64,000 nt of DNA from Octopus vulgaris (Eukaryota). The notes under the pieces are model-generated. The model saw only the letters and a program-made list of their open reading frames with translations, searched no databases and had not been told where the DNA came from. The first letter of the stretch is position 1. The number at the start of each line of letters is the position of its first letter. The position numbers and the translations under genes were made by a program. The stretch lies in NCBI GenBank assembly GCA_951406725.2, contig OX597837.1:33232001-33296000 (forward strand). Reading direction: 5' to 3'. Shown in pieces: positions 12,005-23,709 of the stretch.

Positions 12005-12415
12005 TATTTCTTTATTACCCACAAGGGGCTAAACACAGAGGGGACAAACATAGGTATTAAGTCGATTACATCGACCCCCAGTGCGTAACTGGTACTTAAT
12101 TTATCGACCCCGAAAGGATGAAAGGCAAAGTCAACCTCGGCGGAATTTGAACTCACAACGTAACGCAGACGAAATACCTATTTCTATTTCTTTATTACCC
12201 ACAAGGGGCTAAACACAGAGGGGACAAACAAGGACAGACATAGGTATTAAGTCGATTACATCGACCCCAGTGCGTAACTGGTACTTAATTTATTGACCCC
12301 GAAAGGATGAAAAGCAAAGTCGACCTCGGCGGAATTTGAACTCACAACGTAACGCAGACGAAATACCGCTAAGCATTTCACCCGGCGTGCTAACGTTTCT
12401 GCCAGCTCGCCGCCT
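12005..12415 (-). mobile_element. SINE family A, tandem partial dimer
   Basis: Two head-to-tail copies (12005-12180 truncated, 12187-12415 complete) inside a diverged family E element. Confidence 0.8.
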
Positions 12416-12921
12416 TGTCAAACCAGCTCCTGTCAAACCATCCAATCCATGCCAGCATGGAAAACGGATGTTAAATGATGACAATGTTTTTATCTTTTAT
12501 TTGTTTTAGTTATTAGTGTGGCCAAACTGGGGCACTGCCTTGAAAGAAAGAAATCAACCGCTGTACTTTGTTTTTGTAAGTTTGGTTCTTATATTGGTTA
12601 CTCTTAGTTGAACTGCTCAGGAAACAAACTAGAAATGGTCACTAAGCTGTGATGGGGGACTAACACAAAGACACACATATATACGTATATGTGCCAGGCT
12701 TCTTTCAGTTTCCATCTTTAACGTCCACTCACAAGGCTTTGGTTGGTCTGAACCCAGAATCTTGTGGTTTAGAAGTACTTTTCTGTTTAGTTATACATGA
12801 GAAACAACTTAACATTAATCTCAATAATTTTAGTAAAGCTTAAATTTTTTAACCTTTGCAACAGCAGAATTCTATTTTGATGGAGAGCAAAATGCTTTTG
12901 TCTTTATTTTCTCATTATATT

Positions 12922-13080
12922 TCAGGAGTGGCTGTGTGGTAAGTAGCTTGCTAACCAACCACATGGTTCCGGGTTCAGTCCCACTGCGTGGCATCTTGGG
13001 CAAGTGTCTTCTGCTATAGCCCCGGACCGACCAATGCCTTGTGAGTGGATTTGGTAGATGGAAACTGAAAGAAGCCTGTC

Positions 13081-13128
<48 letters not shown>

Positions 13129-13345
13129 TTGTGTGCCTGTGTTTGTCCCCCTAGCATTGCTTGACAACCGATGCTGGTGTGTTTACGTCCCCGTCACTTA
13201 GCGGTTCGGCAAAAAGAGACCAATAAAATAAGTACTGGGCTTACAAAGAATAAGTCCTGGGGTCGATTTGCTCGACTAAAGGCGGTGCTGCAGCATGGCC
13301 GCAGTCAACTGACTGAAACAAGTAAAAGAGAGTAAAAGAGAGAGT
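12922..13345 (+). mobile_element. tRNA-derived SINE family B (CORE-like segment, internal TA/TG microsatellite, (GTAAAAGA)n tail)
   Basis: CAGGAGTGGCTGTGTGGTAAG head, GGGTTCAGTCCC B-box, CTTGGGCAAGT segment; more than 8 copies in window. Confidence 0.85.
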
Positions 13346-13653
13346 AAGGGAGCGATGGAATAAATACCACAAGGTATTTTTCTTAAAAATGCACTTGGGT
13401 ATCATGCTTCTTACAGATGGACATTGACAGGCATTCATATATACAAGAAGGGACTGGCTTTGGATAAAATCAAATACAGGGGGATTTGTTAATTACGAAT
13501 TTATTCAACATATTCCCTTCTCAGATTCACACACTTATTGCAGCGGCTCTTCACATTTTTTAAGCCATGTAAAATAACTCAGAAGGCTTTTTGCGACACC
13601 CTTAAAGCCAAGAACTTTTCAGTGCCCCCTTGTATATATATATATATATATAC

Positions 13654-14033
13654 TCTTTTACTTGTTTCAGTCATTTGACTGTGGCCATGCTGGAGCACCG
13701 CCTTTAGTCGAGCAAATCGACCCCGGGACTTATTCTTTGTAAGCCCAGTACTTATTCTATCAGTCTCTTTTGCCGAACCGCTAAGTGACGGGGACGTAAA
13801 CACACCAGCATCGGTTGTCAAGCAATGCTAGGGGGACAAACACACACACATATATATATATACATATATACGACAGGCTTCTTTCAGTTTCCGTCTACCA
13901 AATCCACTCACAAGGCATTGGTCGGCCCGGGGCTATAGCAGAAGACACTTGCCCAAGATGCCACGCAGTGGGACTGAACCCAGAACCATGTGGTTGGTTA
14001 GCAAGCTACTTACCACACAGCCACTCCTGCGCC
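13654..14033 (-). mobile_element. SINE family B
   Basis: Full-length reverse copy of 12922-13345. Confidence 0.85.
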
Positions 14034-14153
14034 TATATATATATAAAAACATAACATATATATATATATATATTTTCAAAATGTGACCTCGTGTGTACCA
14101 TTGGCGATTTTTTTTCCTCTGTCTTCCCTTCTCTGGATCTTTCCTTCTCCTAT

Positions 14154-14188
14154 GTTTCCGACGAAGAGCTCCGCTCGAAACGTTAAAC
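14154..14188 (+). ncRNA. minimal type-I hammerhead-ribozyme-like motif (Penelope-type), variant core
   Basis: GTTT-CCGACGA-A-GAGC-TCC-GCTC-GAAA-CG-TT-AAAC: stem I, core with U4>C, stem II, GAAA, palindromic AACGTT stem III. Confidence 0.55.
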
Positions 14189-14416
14189 CCTCCTTCTTCC
14201 CTGAGCGTCGAATAATACTATATTTGTTCCACGTCCTTGCGTTGTTGTGTTTTTTTGTGTTTTCTTGTTTGGATTAACTATATATATATATATATATAAT
14301 AAATTCAGGGTGAATACTTGATAAATGTAAGCACCTGTATATACCAGCTAGTAGCAGAGGTGAGAGGATGTATGTATCAAATGAAATAAAATGGAAAACA
14401 GGACACAAAGGATGTC

Positions 14417-14509
14417 GCGGTACACATGTTTCGAGCTTTATAAAACAACTTATTCTTACATCAATGTATAATCGACATAACAGATAGTTTAAAAGCCCCC
14501 TTCAGCCGC
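14417..14509 (-). ncRNA. type-I hammerhead-ribozyme-like motif with extended stem II
   Basis: Minus strand GCGG-CTGAAGG-GGGCTTT-[~60 nt]-AAAGCTC-GAAA-CATGT-GTA-CCGC; all stems pair, core A9>G, GUA cleavage triplet. Confidence 0.6.
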
Positions 14510-14656
14510 ATGCAATTGCTACACCAAAGACTTGTATCACATTATGAAAGGTCTGAGAAAGAACATTTGGTATTATTTATAATGGTAGGTAAACTGAGTA
14601 TCACTGGGAAAGTATGTTTGTAAATCTTCATAATCAAATAGGTGTACAGGGTATTA

Positions 14657-15041
14657 GTGGAGGCGCAATGGCCCAGTGGTTAGGGCAGCGGACTCGCAGT
14701 CATAGGATCGCGGTTTCGATTCCCAGACCGGGAGTTGTGAGTGTTTATTGAGTGAAAACACCAAAAGCTCTACGAGGCTCTGGCAGGGGATGGTGGTGAT
14801 CCCTGCTGTACTCTTTCACCACAACTTGTTCTCGCTCTTACTTCCTGTTTCTGTTGTACCTGTATTTCAAAGGGCCGGCCTTGTCACTCTCTGTGTCACG
14901 CTGAATATCCCCGAGAACTACGTTAAGGGTACACGTGTCTGTGGCGTGCTCAGCCACTTACACGTTAATTTCACGAGCAGGCTGTTCCGTTGATTTGGAT
15001 CAACCGGAACCCTCATCGTCCTAACCGACGGAGTGCTTCTG
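14657..15041 (+). mobile_element. tRNA-derived SINE family C with 11-bp TSD
   Basis: TGGCCCAGTGG A-box, GGTTTCGATTCC B-box; TSD ACAGGGTATTA at 14646-14656 and 15042-15052. Confidence 0.88.
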
Positions 15042-15193
15042 ACAGGGTATTATTGGACTCCAAAAATCCGCCCATACCGTTTTCTCACTCAATATAGAGT
15101 GTAAGTTAGAAAACGGTATGGACAGATTTTTGGAGACCAATAATACCCTGCACACCTATTTGATTATGAAGATTTACAAACATACTTTAAACA

Positions 15194-15420
15194 TTAACCC
15201 TTTAGTGTTCAGATTATTGTCAAATGTGATGTTTGTTTATTTAAAATGGTTTGAATTAATCCTGCATTATCTTGCAGTTTAGAGATTTCAGTGATGTGAT
15301 TTTTTCAGTTTTAGAATGACATGGTAGGGCTGAGGTGAGAGGCGAGATCTGGTCAGTTTCAATATAAAACAGGTTAAATATTTTGGCCGGATATGGCCGG
15401 TTTGAATGCTAAAGGGTTAA
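15194..15420 (-). mobile_element. piggyBac-type MITE
   Basis: TTAA-CCCTTTAG ... CTAAAGGG-TTAA; homologous to 43281-43507 and 63434-63660. Confidence 0.8.
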
Positions 15421-15681
15421 ACATCGAATAATAACAGCAATCAACTCAGTGGATTGTGATCTGCTGATACGCATCTGGGAAGAATTCTCTTATTGCATTG
15501 ATGTTGCCTGTGCTGCCGCAGGTGGGGGTGGCCACATTGAACACTTGTAAGACAGGAAATAAAAGTTGACTGTGAGTAAATACTTGTGACTTGGCTGGAG
15601 TTTTCTCTTGCTTTTCCTTATTAAAATATTGTGTAATGAAATCGGTTCATTCTTTTTTAATAACCCTGTAAATATATAGAG

Positions 15682-16093
15682 AATACCAAACGAGTTCCCA
15701 ATGGATACCGTATTTATTACAACGAGTGGCTTGTAAACGTATCTAACGAGTGAAAGCGAGTTAGATACGTTTACAAGCCACTCGTAATAAATACGGTATC
15801 CATAGGGAATGAGTTTGGTATTTTATTTATTACACACGAATAAACGACCATATTTTATTAACCCAATAACTAAATTCTTCACGTTTAGTTATAACTTATG
15901 AATGACAAAAGTAGTGCCGTCACCGTGACGTCGGGTTATCACCATGGATTGACCAATCAGAAGCAGCGCTGTCACCGTTACCTCGGGTCATCACCATGGA
16001 TTGACCAATCAGAAGCAGCGCTCGCAGTATCTGACATATGTTAGATACCAAAAATATCTCAAAGTGTTCTCACTCAAATGTGTGTAATAAATA
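15682..16093. mobile_element. palindromic non-autonomous element (Crypton-like?) with internal 52-bp direct repeat
   Basis: Hairpin 15682-15822 centred on ACGAGTGAAAGCGAGT; TATTTATTACACA / TGTGTAATAAATA inverted pair; direct repeat 15919-15970 / 15971-16022. Superfamily call is a recollection, not verified. Confidence 0.5.
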
Positions 16094-16269
16094 CATATAC
16101 ACACACACACAAACAATGCATCCTGGCATTGCCCAGACATTATGGCCAGCAACCACATTGTATTATTTGTTCCTTTCCTACAGACAGAATTGGCACAGCT
16201 GATATACAGTGAACTGGATTACTGGCATAATAGAAGTTATGGTTTGTTTAAAAGTGAAAGGCGAGAGTA

Positions 16270-16548
16270 CATCATCATCATCATCGTTTAACGTCCGTTC
16301 TCCATGCTGGCATGGGTTGGACGGTTCGACCGGGGATCTGGGAAGCCAGAAGGCTGCACCAGGCTCCAGTCTTATCTGGCAATGTTTCTACAGCTGGATG
16401 CCCTTCCTAATGCCAACCACTCCATGAGTGTAGTGGGTGCTTTTTACGTGCCACCCGCATAGGTGCCAGGCGAGGATGGCAATGGCCACGGTCGGATTGG
16501 TGCATTTTACATGCCACTGGCACGGAAGCCAGTCGAGGCGGCACTGCT
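16270..16548 (-). mobile_element. family E RTE 3' end
   Basis: (CAT)n on plus strand, conserved segment and two repeat units. Confidence 0.8.
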
Positions 16549-17022
16549 TTCTTAAGAAGGATCACAAACTATGTATTGTTTTGTCATATAAAAGTGGGTT
16601 GATATGATTTTGCCCAGAAATTACATTCCCTGCCCCTGTCCACACCGCAATTTCTCAATTTGTACCTTTATTCCGAATTTTTTTATCCACACAGAAAAAT
16701 GCAAAAATTACAAATCTGAGAAATATTTTTTTTAGAGTTTAATTTTTCTTAAAGAAATACTCAATGCCCCTTCCCCCACTCACCACCTACCCACTTTGAA
16801 AAAGCTAAAACCTCCCAATGTTTCAAGCATGCATAGAATTGTACTGAAATAGCAGACGTAAAAAATACCAGACTGCCACCAGAAAACCCAACAAGTAACT
16901 ACATAGAGGTTCCATCACTGACTTAATTTTATATCATTTCAAGGTGACAAAGCTTGCAGAATCGTTAACACACCAGGTAAGATGCTCAGTGACATTTCAC
17001 CTGTCTTTACGTTCTGAGCTCA

Positions 17023-18306
17023 AATTCTGCTGAGGTCAACTTTGCCTTTCATCCTTTAAGGGTCAATATCAAACTTGGGTAGCTGTAATCAACTTGACTA
17101 CTCCTCTGAAGTTGCTGGCCTTGTGCCAAAATTTGAAAGCAATGAGTTGGCAGAATCGTTAGCATGCCAGGCAAAATGCTTGGCAGCATTTACTTCAGGC
17201 TCTTTACGAGCCGAGTTCAAAACCCACCAAAGTCAACCTTGCTTTTACTCCATTCAGGAGGTCAGTTACTGGGGTCAAATGCAATCGACTTGTCCCCCCA
17301 CTCCCCTCAAAACTTGCAACAAACTGGCATCCCATTCATCAGAAGGTGTCGTGATCTCGATCATATATATATGCCATAGAATCCAGGTAACTGGTCTTGG
17401 AAGTCCTAGGGCTCAAGAAAAACTTTTTAAAATAATCCTCAAGGGGATGAAGAAGATAAAAAAATGGTCATTTTATTTCAATTCTGCTGAGGTCAACTTT
17501 GCCTTTCATCCTTTAGGGGTCAATATCAAACTTGGGTAGCTGTAATCAACTTGACTACTCCTCTGAAGTTGCTGGCCTTGTGCCAAAATTTGAAAGCAAT
17601 GAGTTGGCAGAATTGTTAGCATGCCAGGCAAAATGCTTGGCAGCATTTACTTCAGGCTCTTTACGAGCTGAGTTCAAAACCCACCAAAGTCGACCTTGCT
17701 TTTACTCCATTCAGGAGGTCAGTTACTGGGTTCAATGCAATCGACTTGTCCCCCACTCCCCTCAAAACTTGCAACAAATTGGCATCCATCCCATTCATCA
17801 GAAGGTGTCGTGATCTCGATCATACATATATATATGCCATAGAATCCAGGTGAAGGCGCATGGCTCAGTGGTTAGAGCGTCGAGCTTACGATCGTGAGGT
17901 TGTGAGCTCGAATCCCGGACCGGGCTGCGTGTTGTGTTCTTGAGCAAGGCACTTTATTTCACGTTGCTCCAGTTCACTCAGCTGTAGAAATGAGTTGCGA
18001 CGTCACTGGTGCCAAGCTGTATCGGCCCCTTTGTCTTTCCCTCGGATAACACTGGTGGCGTGGAGAGGGGAGGCTGGTATGCATGGGCGACTGCTGGTCT
18101 TCCATAAAGAACAACCTTGCCCGGACTTGTGTCTAGGAGGGTAACTTTCTAGGTGCAATCCCATGGTCATTCATGACCGAAGGGGGTCTTTACTTTTTTT
18201 CTAGAATCCAGGTAACTGGTCTTGGAAGTCCTAGGGCTCAAGAAAAACTTTTTTTAAATAATTCTCAAGGGGTTGAAGAAGATAAAAAAAATGGTTATTT
18301 TATTTC
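17023..18306. repeat. 457-bp tandem duplication; second unit carries a SINE insertion
   Basis: Unit 1 17023-17479; unit 2 starts at 17480 (ORFs at 17075 and 17532 are offset by 457). Confidence 0.9.
17852..18201 (+). mobile_element. tRNA-derived SINE family D with TSD
   Basis: TGGCTCAGTGG A-box, GAGCTCGAATCCC B-box; TAGAATCCAGGT repeated at 17840-17851 and 18202-18213. Confidence 0.85.
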
Positions 18307-18998
18307 AATTTTTTAATTAAAAAAAAGACAAAAAACAGTAAAAACAGACAGAATAATTATTGGAAAACATTGTTCTCTTTTAATATTAACAGAATTTACA
18401 CAATATTACAAGAAACTGACAGCTTCATTGACAGACAGTTTTCTCTTTTCTTTCTTCTTCTTCTTCTTCTTCTTAGTCCTTTTGGTTTATATTTTTTTCT
18501 GTATATGTATGCATGTCTGTGTGTCCATGTATTTGTGTCTTTGCATTGTTTTTTATAATAAATTCATTAGAGTTCTTAGCAAAGTTCTTCAGTTGATAAA
18601 ACAACCTGACTGGGAAAAAAAGAAAAAAAAGCTCAAATAGATTGCATTTTTGGCTTTTTTTTTTGTTTTAGGGTTAGTCATAGAATTATAGCTTCAGTAG
18701 TTGTAGAATATAGCTGGTCTATTCTAGTTGGCCACCACAAGCGATGTTCATTCGTGTGGAACAAAAAGTTCAGTTTTGGGTTTGGTCTATTCTAGTCAGC
18801 CGCCACAAGCGATGTTATCCAAGTGGAACAAAGAAAACCAGTAGACATTGTCACAGAATCAGAATATTTTTTTCTTTTTCTTTTTAGGTAAGGAAAGGAA
18901 TAAAAGAATCTTATTTTTTGTGTGAATTTAGTCACAGACCGCAATTTTCCTCTCATCTCCATCTTTTATATAGATTTTGTTTTTATGTAACATACACA

Positions 18999-19040
<42 letters not shown>

Positions 19041-19265
19041 GATTTACATATATGCATATAGACATATGTACACACATTTATATATATACACACACACAGA
19101 TTTATATATATGCATATAGACATATGTACACACATTTATATATACACACACACACAAACAAACACTTCTAGATATGCATGTATGTATACACACACATATA
19201 TTTACTCAGATACATATTGGCAATATTTACAGCACCCACTTATATAAATATGAGCACATATATAT

Positions 19266-19301
<36 letters not shown>

Positions 19302-20034
19302 GTATATACATACACACCTCAGCTTTGTTAACATAATCTAAGTCAATATTGGAATATTGAGAATAGCTTCAATATAGCTAGGCACAAGATCAAGTGGTCT
19401 TACAGGACACAGTGTATTACTGGTACTTGTATTATGAAACTCTTCCAAAAGAGGATGAAAGCAAAAGTGAACCTCAGCAGGATTTGAACCGAGAACGTAG
19501 ATTAAAGCACCTAATCAAGAAAGCAATTAGACTGGGTCTGTATTCTTCTTCTTACAATCTCTGTATGACTTTCAAAAGATTCAGTTATTTTCCCTTTTTC
19601 ACTTCTTTGTTGGTGGTGTTGTCTAGGCAACGGGGTCATAAACTGCCTTCAGAAAATTAAACAATTTTCTTCATGAGGCATGACTAGTGGGGCATGTTGG
19701 GAGAGGATTTAAAACAAGTAGGTATTAAGTGATCTCCTGGGTGATAAAACAGGCACACACACACACACACACACACAATGTAGAATTTTATAAATAAATA
19801 CAATCAATACCGTTTGTGTGAGAAGACCAGAACTTTGGTCAACTACGGAATTCTGCACTTCTCTAAAATCCCAGAACAGGAAATTAGGTTTCAGAAATAA
19901 CAAAACAGATTTGAAAAAGAAAAACCTTTTGAAAAGCATCGTTTTTTTTAAATGATGTACATTAGCTTTCTCTCTCTCTCTCTCTACACACACACAAATA
20001 CCACAAGTATAACAGACTCCCTTCATTATAGCAT

Positions 20035-20147
20035 GGATGGAAGCACTTCGTCGGTTACGACGACGAGGGTTCCGGTTGATCTGATCAACGGAACAGCCTG
20101 CTCGTGAAATTAACGTATAAGTGGCTGAGCGCTCCACAGACACGTGT
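20035..20147 (-). mobile_element. 5'-truncated SINE family C tail with 14-bp TSD
   Basis: Matches the 3' end of 14657-15041; TSD CTTCATTATAGCAT at 20021-20034 and 20148-20161. Confidence 0.8.
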
Positions 20148-21540
20148 CTTCATTATAGCATTCTATCGGTGAAGATACTTCCCTGGTGCTTCGAATTTGT
20201 GTATTAATTGTTTATTGCAATTAATTAGCCATGGTGCAAAGAATGATTTGATTTTCAAAGAAGGCATATTTGCAGGACAATCCATTGTTGGAATTGACGA
20301 GCATAAGATTGTACAAAAACCTAGGGATTCGTCTTGCCACACAGTCCACAGAGTGATTGTTCAATTCACCTGGAAAGGGATGGAACCAATAGCATCTGGT
20401 TGTGAAAGACCTGGGCCCTTTGACAGGTGTCTTTGGGCCATCGAAGAGGTTGTTGAAAATAATCCCGTTGTAAGGCAGCTGGTACTGCAGAGCAACAACA
20501 CCAAACGAGCCAGCGTATTTCTGTAAAGTACCTCCATCAACTTGGCTACTTTGGCAGAGCAATTAGAAAGAAACCTCTCTTCTTTGAGCAATAAATATCC
20601 AAATATAATAAAAAATAATAAGAGAAATAAATCTTCCAAAAATGATAGTGTCTATTTACTTTTGCACTGACTGTGTTAGATTCCCCCAACATCACACGTT
20701 CATTCATGTAAGCACCACAGAGAGGAAGTGAGCTCCTGGCAAGCCAAGTTCAAATCAGTCTCCTAGTCCTATTCATCAAGAAATTTTGACCATCGGTCAT
20801 CAAGAGCTCTGAAAGGAATGGCCTCTCCTAAACCAACTCGATGGAGGCAACAGTTTCTATCATTGATGTGAACACAAAACATTTCCCAGATTTTACATCC
20901 CAGAACACAGCCATGTTTCAATAATCTATAATATTCTTTAAAACATATAATGAATTTCTTTGGGTGTCACCAATGGCAACAAAATAGAGAAGAAGCTGTT
21001 GGTGGTCAGCTAGCTCTGACTCGTCAGTTCTAGCTTTGAGCAAAGGTGATAAACATCACACAAGTCATAAATCAGGTATAAAAATCTGTGTGTGTGTGTG
21101 TGTGCTTTGTTGTCCTGTTCAAAACGAGGCACATCATTCTGAGATTTAATAAGGCTTAAAAATTGTGCCATCACCTTTTTAACAAAAAGGGAGAAAGGAC
21201 ATTTATAGAGAGATGGGGGAGAGGGGTAGTGTGTTTATAGCTGATTATAACGAACAAGTAATTAGAAGTTTGTGTAAATTGGTGATTTGATTGTAAGTCT
21301 ATCGATTGACAACTGCCTTAGGAACTAATTTAATTATATTTCCAATAAATAAATAAATATATATGCAACTGGTAGCAGCTTTAAATATAAATATGCTATC
21401 TGTGTATCATACTTCATGTATATTCATTGCTGATAAGCAAGTTACTGCAGTAGATATTGTTTGCAACACATTATGTCCAGAAGAGATGTTATCTTAGGAC
21501 AAATACTGCAGTCACTGGCCTATCAACAGTGTATATGCGC

Positions 21541-21582
<42 letters not shown>

Positions 21583-21743
21583 GTTTAGAGTTAGAAATGA
21601 GAGCAAAAGTGTACTCAGTTATGTGATCTAAAGTATATTTTTAATCTAAAACCACTGAAACTGCAGTTACCCTGGCCTTCAGGTTTTGTGTATAACATTT
21701 GTTAGGCTCTAGCAAGTGTCAAGAGTTACAACTGGAGTGTTTC

Positions 21744-21781
<38 letters not shown>

Positions 21782-22106
21782 ACTATGTATGTAGAGAAAA
21801 AGAGAGAGAGAGTTGGGGAAAAGGGAGAAAGCAAGAAGAGAGGTTAATTAGACAGAATTAATTACTGTGTGGTAATTAGCCTGGAACTACGAACTCTTGT
21901 CAAATCAGCACCTTGAAAATACGATGAACCGAAATGGGAGAATCTCTAAATGGTCATGAGACCTGATAAAAATAGCAGCCATGTCTCCCTCAAACAGAAA
22001 AAAAAATAAGAATCAAAAGCATCTGCACAACTGGGGGTCATCTGGGGGTTAAACAAGAAAAGAAAAGTATCGAAACAGACTTGATGTATGGTAGGAGTGG
22101 GGTTCG

Positions 22107-22590
22107 TGTAGTACTTGGCTGGTGGATGTTTTGTCGACACCAGAACAAAATTGCAAAGCCAACCTTGAAAGAATTTAAACTCAGAACATTAAAAGTGGAA
22201 TTGGTCTGTTGCTGTTCCATTGATTCTGCCAACCAATTAAGCCTTTCATATAATTAAAGGGAAAGTTGGAAAGTTCTTAGAGACACAGGGGTCCAGATTT
22301 TGATGGAGGAGAAATGGTCAGGGATGTTAATAAGATCAATGTCCCAGAAAGATAATGTAGTACTTGGCTGGTGGATGTTTCGTCGACACCAGAACAAAAT
22401 TGCAAAGCCAACCTTGAAAGAATTCAAACTCAGAACATTAAAAATGGAATTGTTCTGTTGCTGTTCCATTGATTCTGCCAACCAATTAAGCCTTTCATAT
22501 AATTAAAGGGAAAGTTGGAAAGGGGGTCCAGATTTTGATGGAGGAGAAATGGTCAGGGATGTTAATAAGATCAATGTCCCAGAAAGATAA
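22107..22590. repeat. 249-bp tandem duplication
   Basis: 22107-22355 repeated at 22356-22590 with a ~14-bp deletion. Confidence 0.9.
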
Positions 22591-23180
22591 AAAGGTTTCA
22601 GCCAAACTTCTTTTTTTTGGAGGGGTGGGTTCTTCTGATTTCGCCAATCAACTGCATGAGAAAAATAAATTCAAATAAGAAGAAATGCGGCAAAAGAACA
22701 GTGGGAACTGAGGGAGGGGTAGCAGGTGGTGGAGAAGGAAGAGGGGCGAAGACTTGTTATTTTCCACAGAGTTTGTGGAAGAATCTGTTTAGAAATTTAG
22801 GTCAGGTCTGCTGCCAATAGTTTACTCAAAGCTTATGAAGTCGAAAGTATTTGTCAGCAGCTGGCACCGTCAGTGCAAGCGCCGACAGAGAGAGAGAGAG
22901 AATGAGAGCAAATATGCGAAAATCTGCACAAGTTAAAAGTTTGCAGCAGCAGAAAGAAGCTGATGCAGCAGTCGTAGTAGCAGTAGTAAGAGTAGTAGTA
23001 GTAACAACAATAACAATAACAACAACAACAATAATGGTTGTTGAAACTTGGTGGTAAACTGCCTCCATAATGGGAACTGGATGGTGGCAGCAGATATGAA
23101 CACAGACATGCTTTTTGTCATTCATTTGAGCCAACTTCACACCTAGATATCATACAGGTATGCATGTATGTGAGAATTAC

Positions 23181-23224
<44 letters not shown>

Positions 23225-23304
23225 TAGCAAAAACTGTCCGACGAACGGGAACGTGAAACTCAGGGTAACAGGTTTTGTTGAATTTTCTGCTGCTTTTAAA
23301 TAAA

Positions 23305-23355
<51 letters not shown>

Positions 23356-23657
23356 GTGACAGAGAGAGAGAGAAGACGTGGATTATACAGAAAGATTGAC
23401 AGAGACATGCATAAGAACATACACTACACACACATAAATGTGATTATGTGTGTATATATATATATATATATATAAATGTGTATGTATATCAGTTAATGAT
23501 GTCAAAAGGACAGGTGTTACATAATCACTGTCATTAGCTCACAGCTGTTTCTGCTGTAAGAAGTAGTGGGCTCAGAGCTGAGTGCTTGTGCAACATCCTA
23601 CAGCTTAGAGATAGATAGATCTAAATCTATTAGCATCATTCTTCAAGCAACCATCAA

Positions 23658-23709
<52 letters not shown>

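Noticed and set aside
14657-14735. tRNA genes (also 17852, 47158, 58797)
   Set aside because: The A/B-box heads run on into SINE bodies, several with TSDs; no complete cloverleaf or acceptor stem
18716-18832. Short direct repeat TGGTCTATTCTAGT...CCACAAGCGATGTT, 2 copies
   Set aside because: Ordinary small tandem duplication with no further structure
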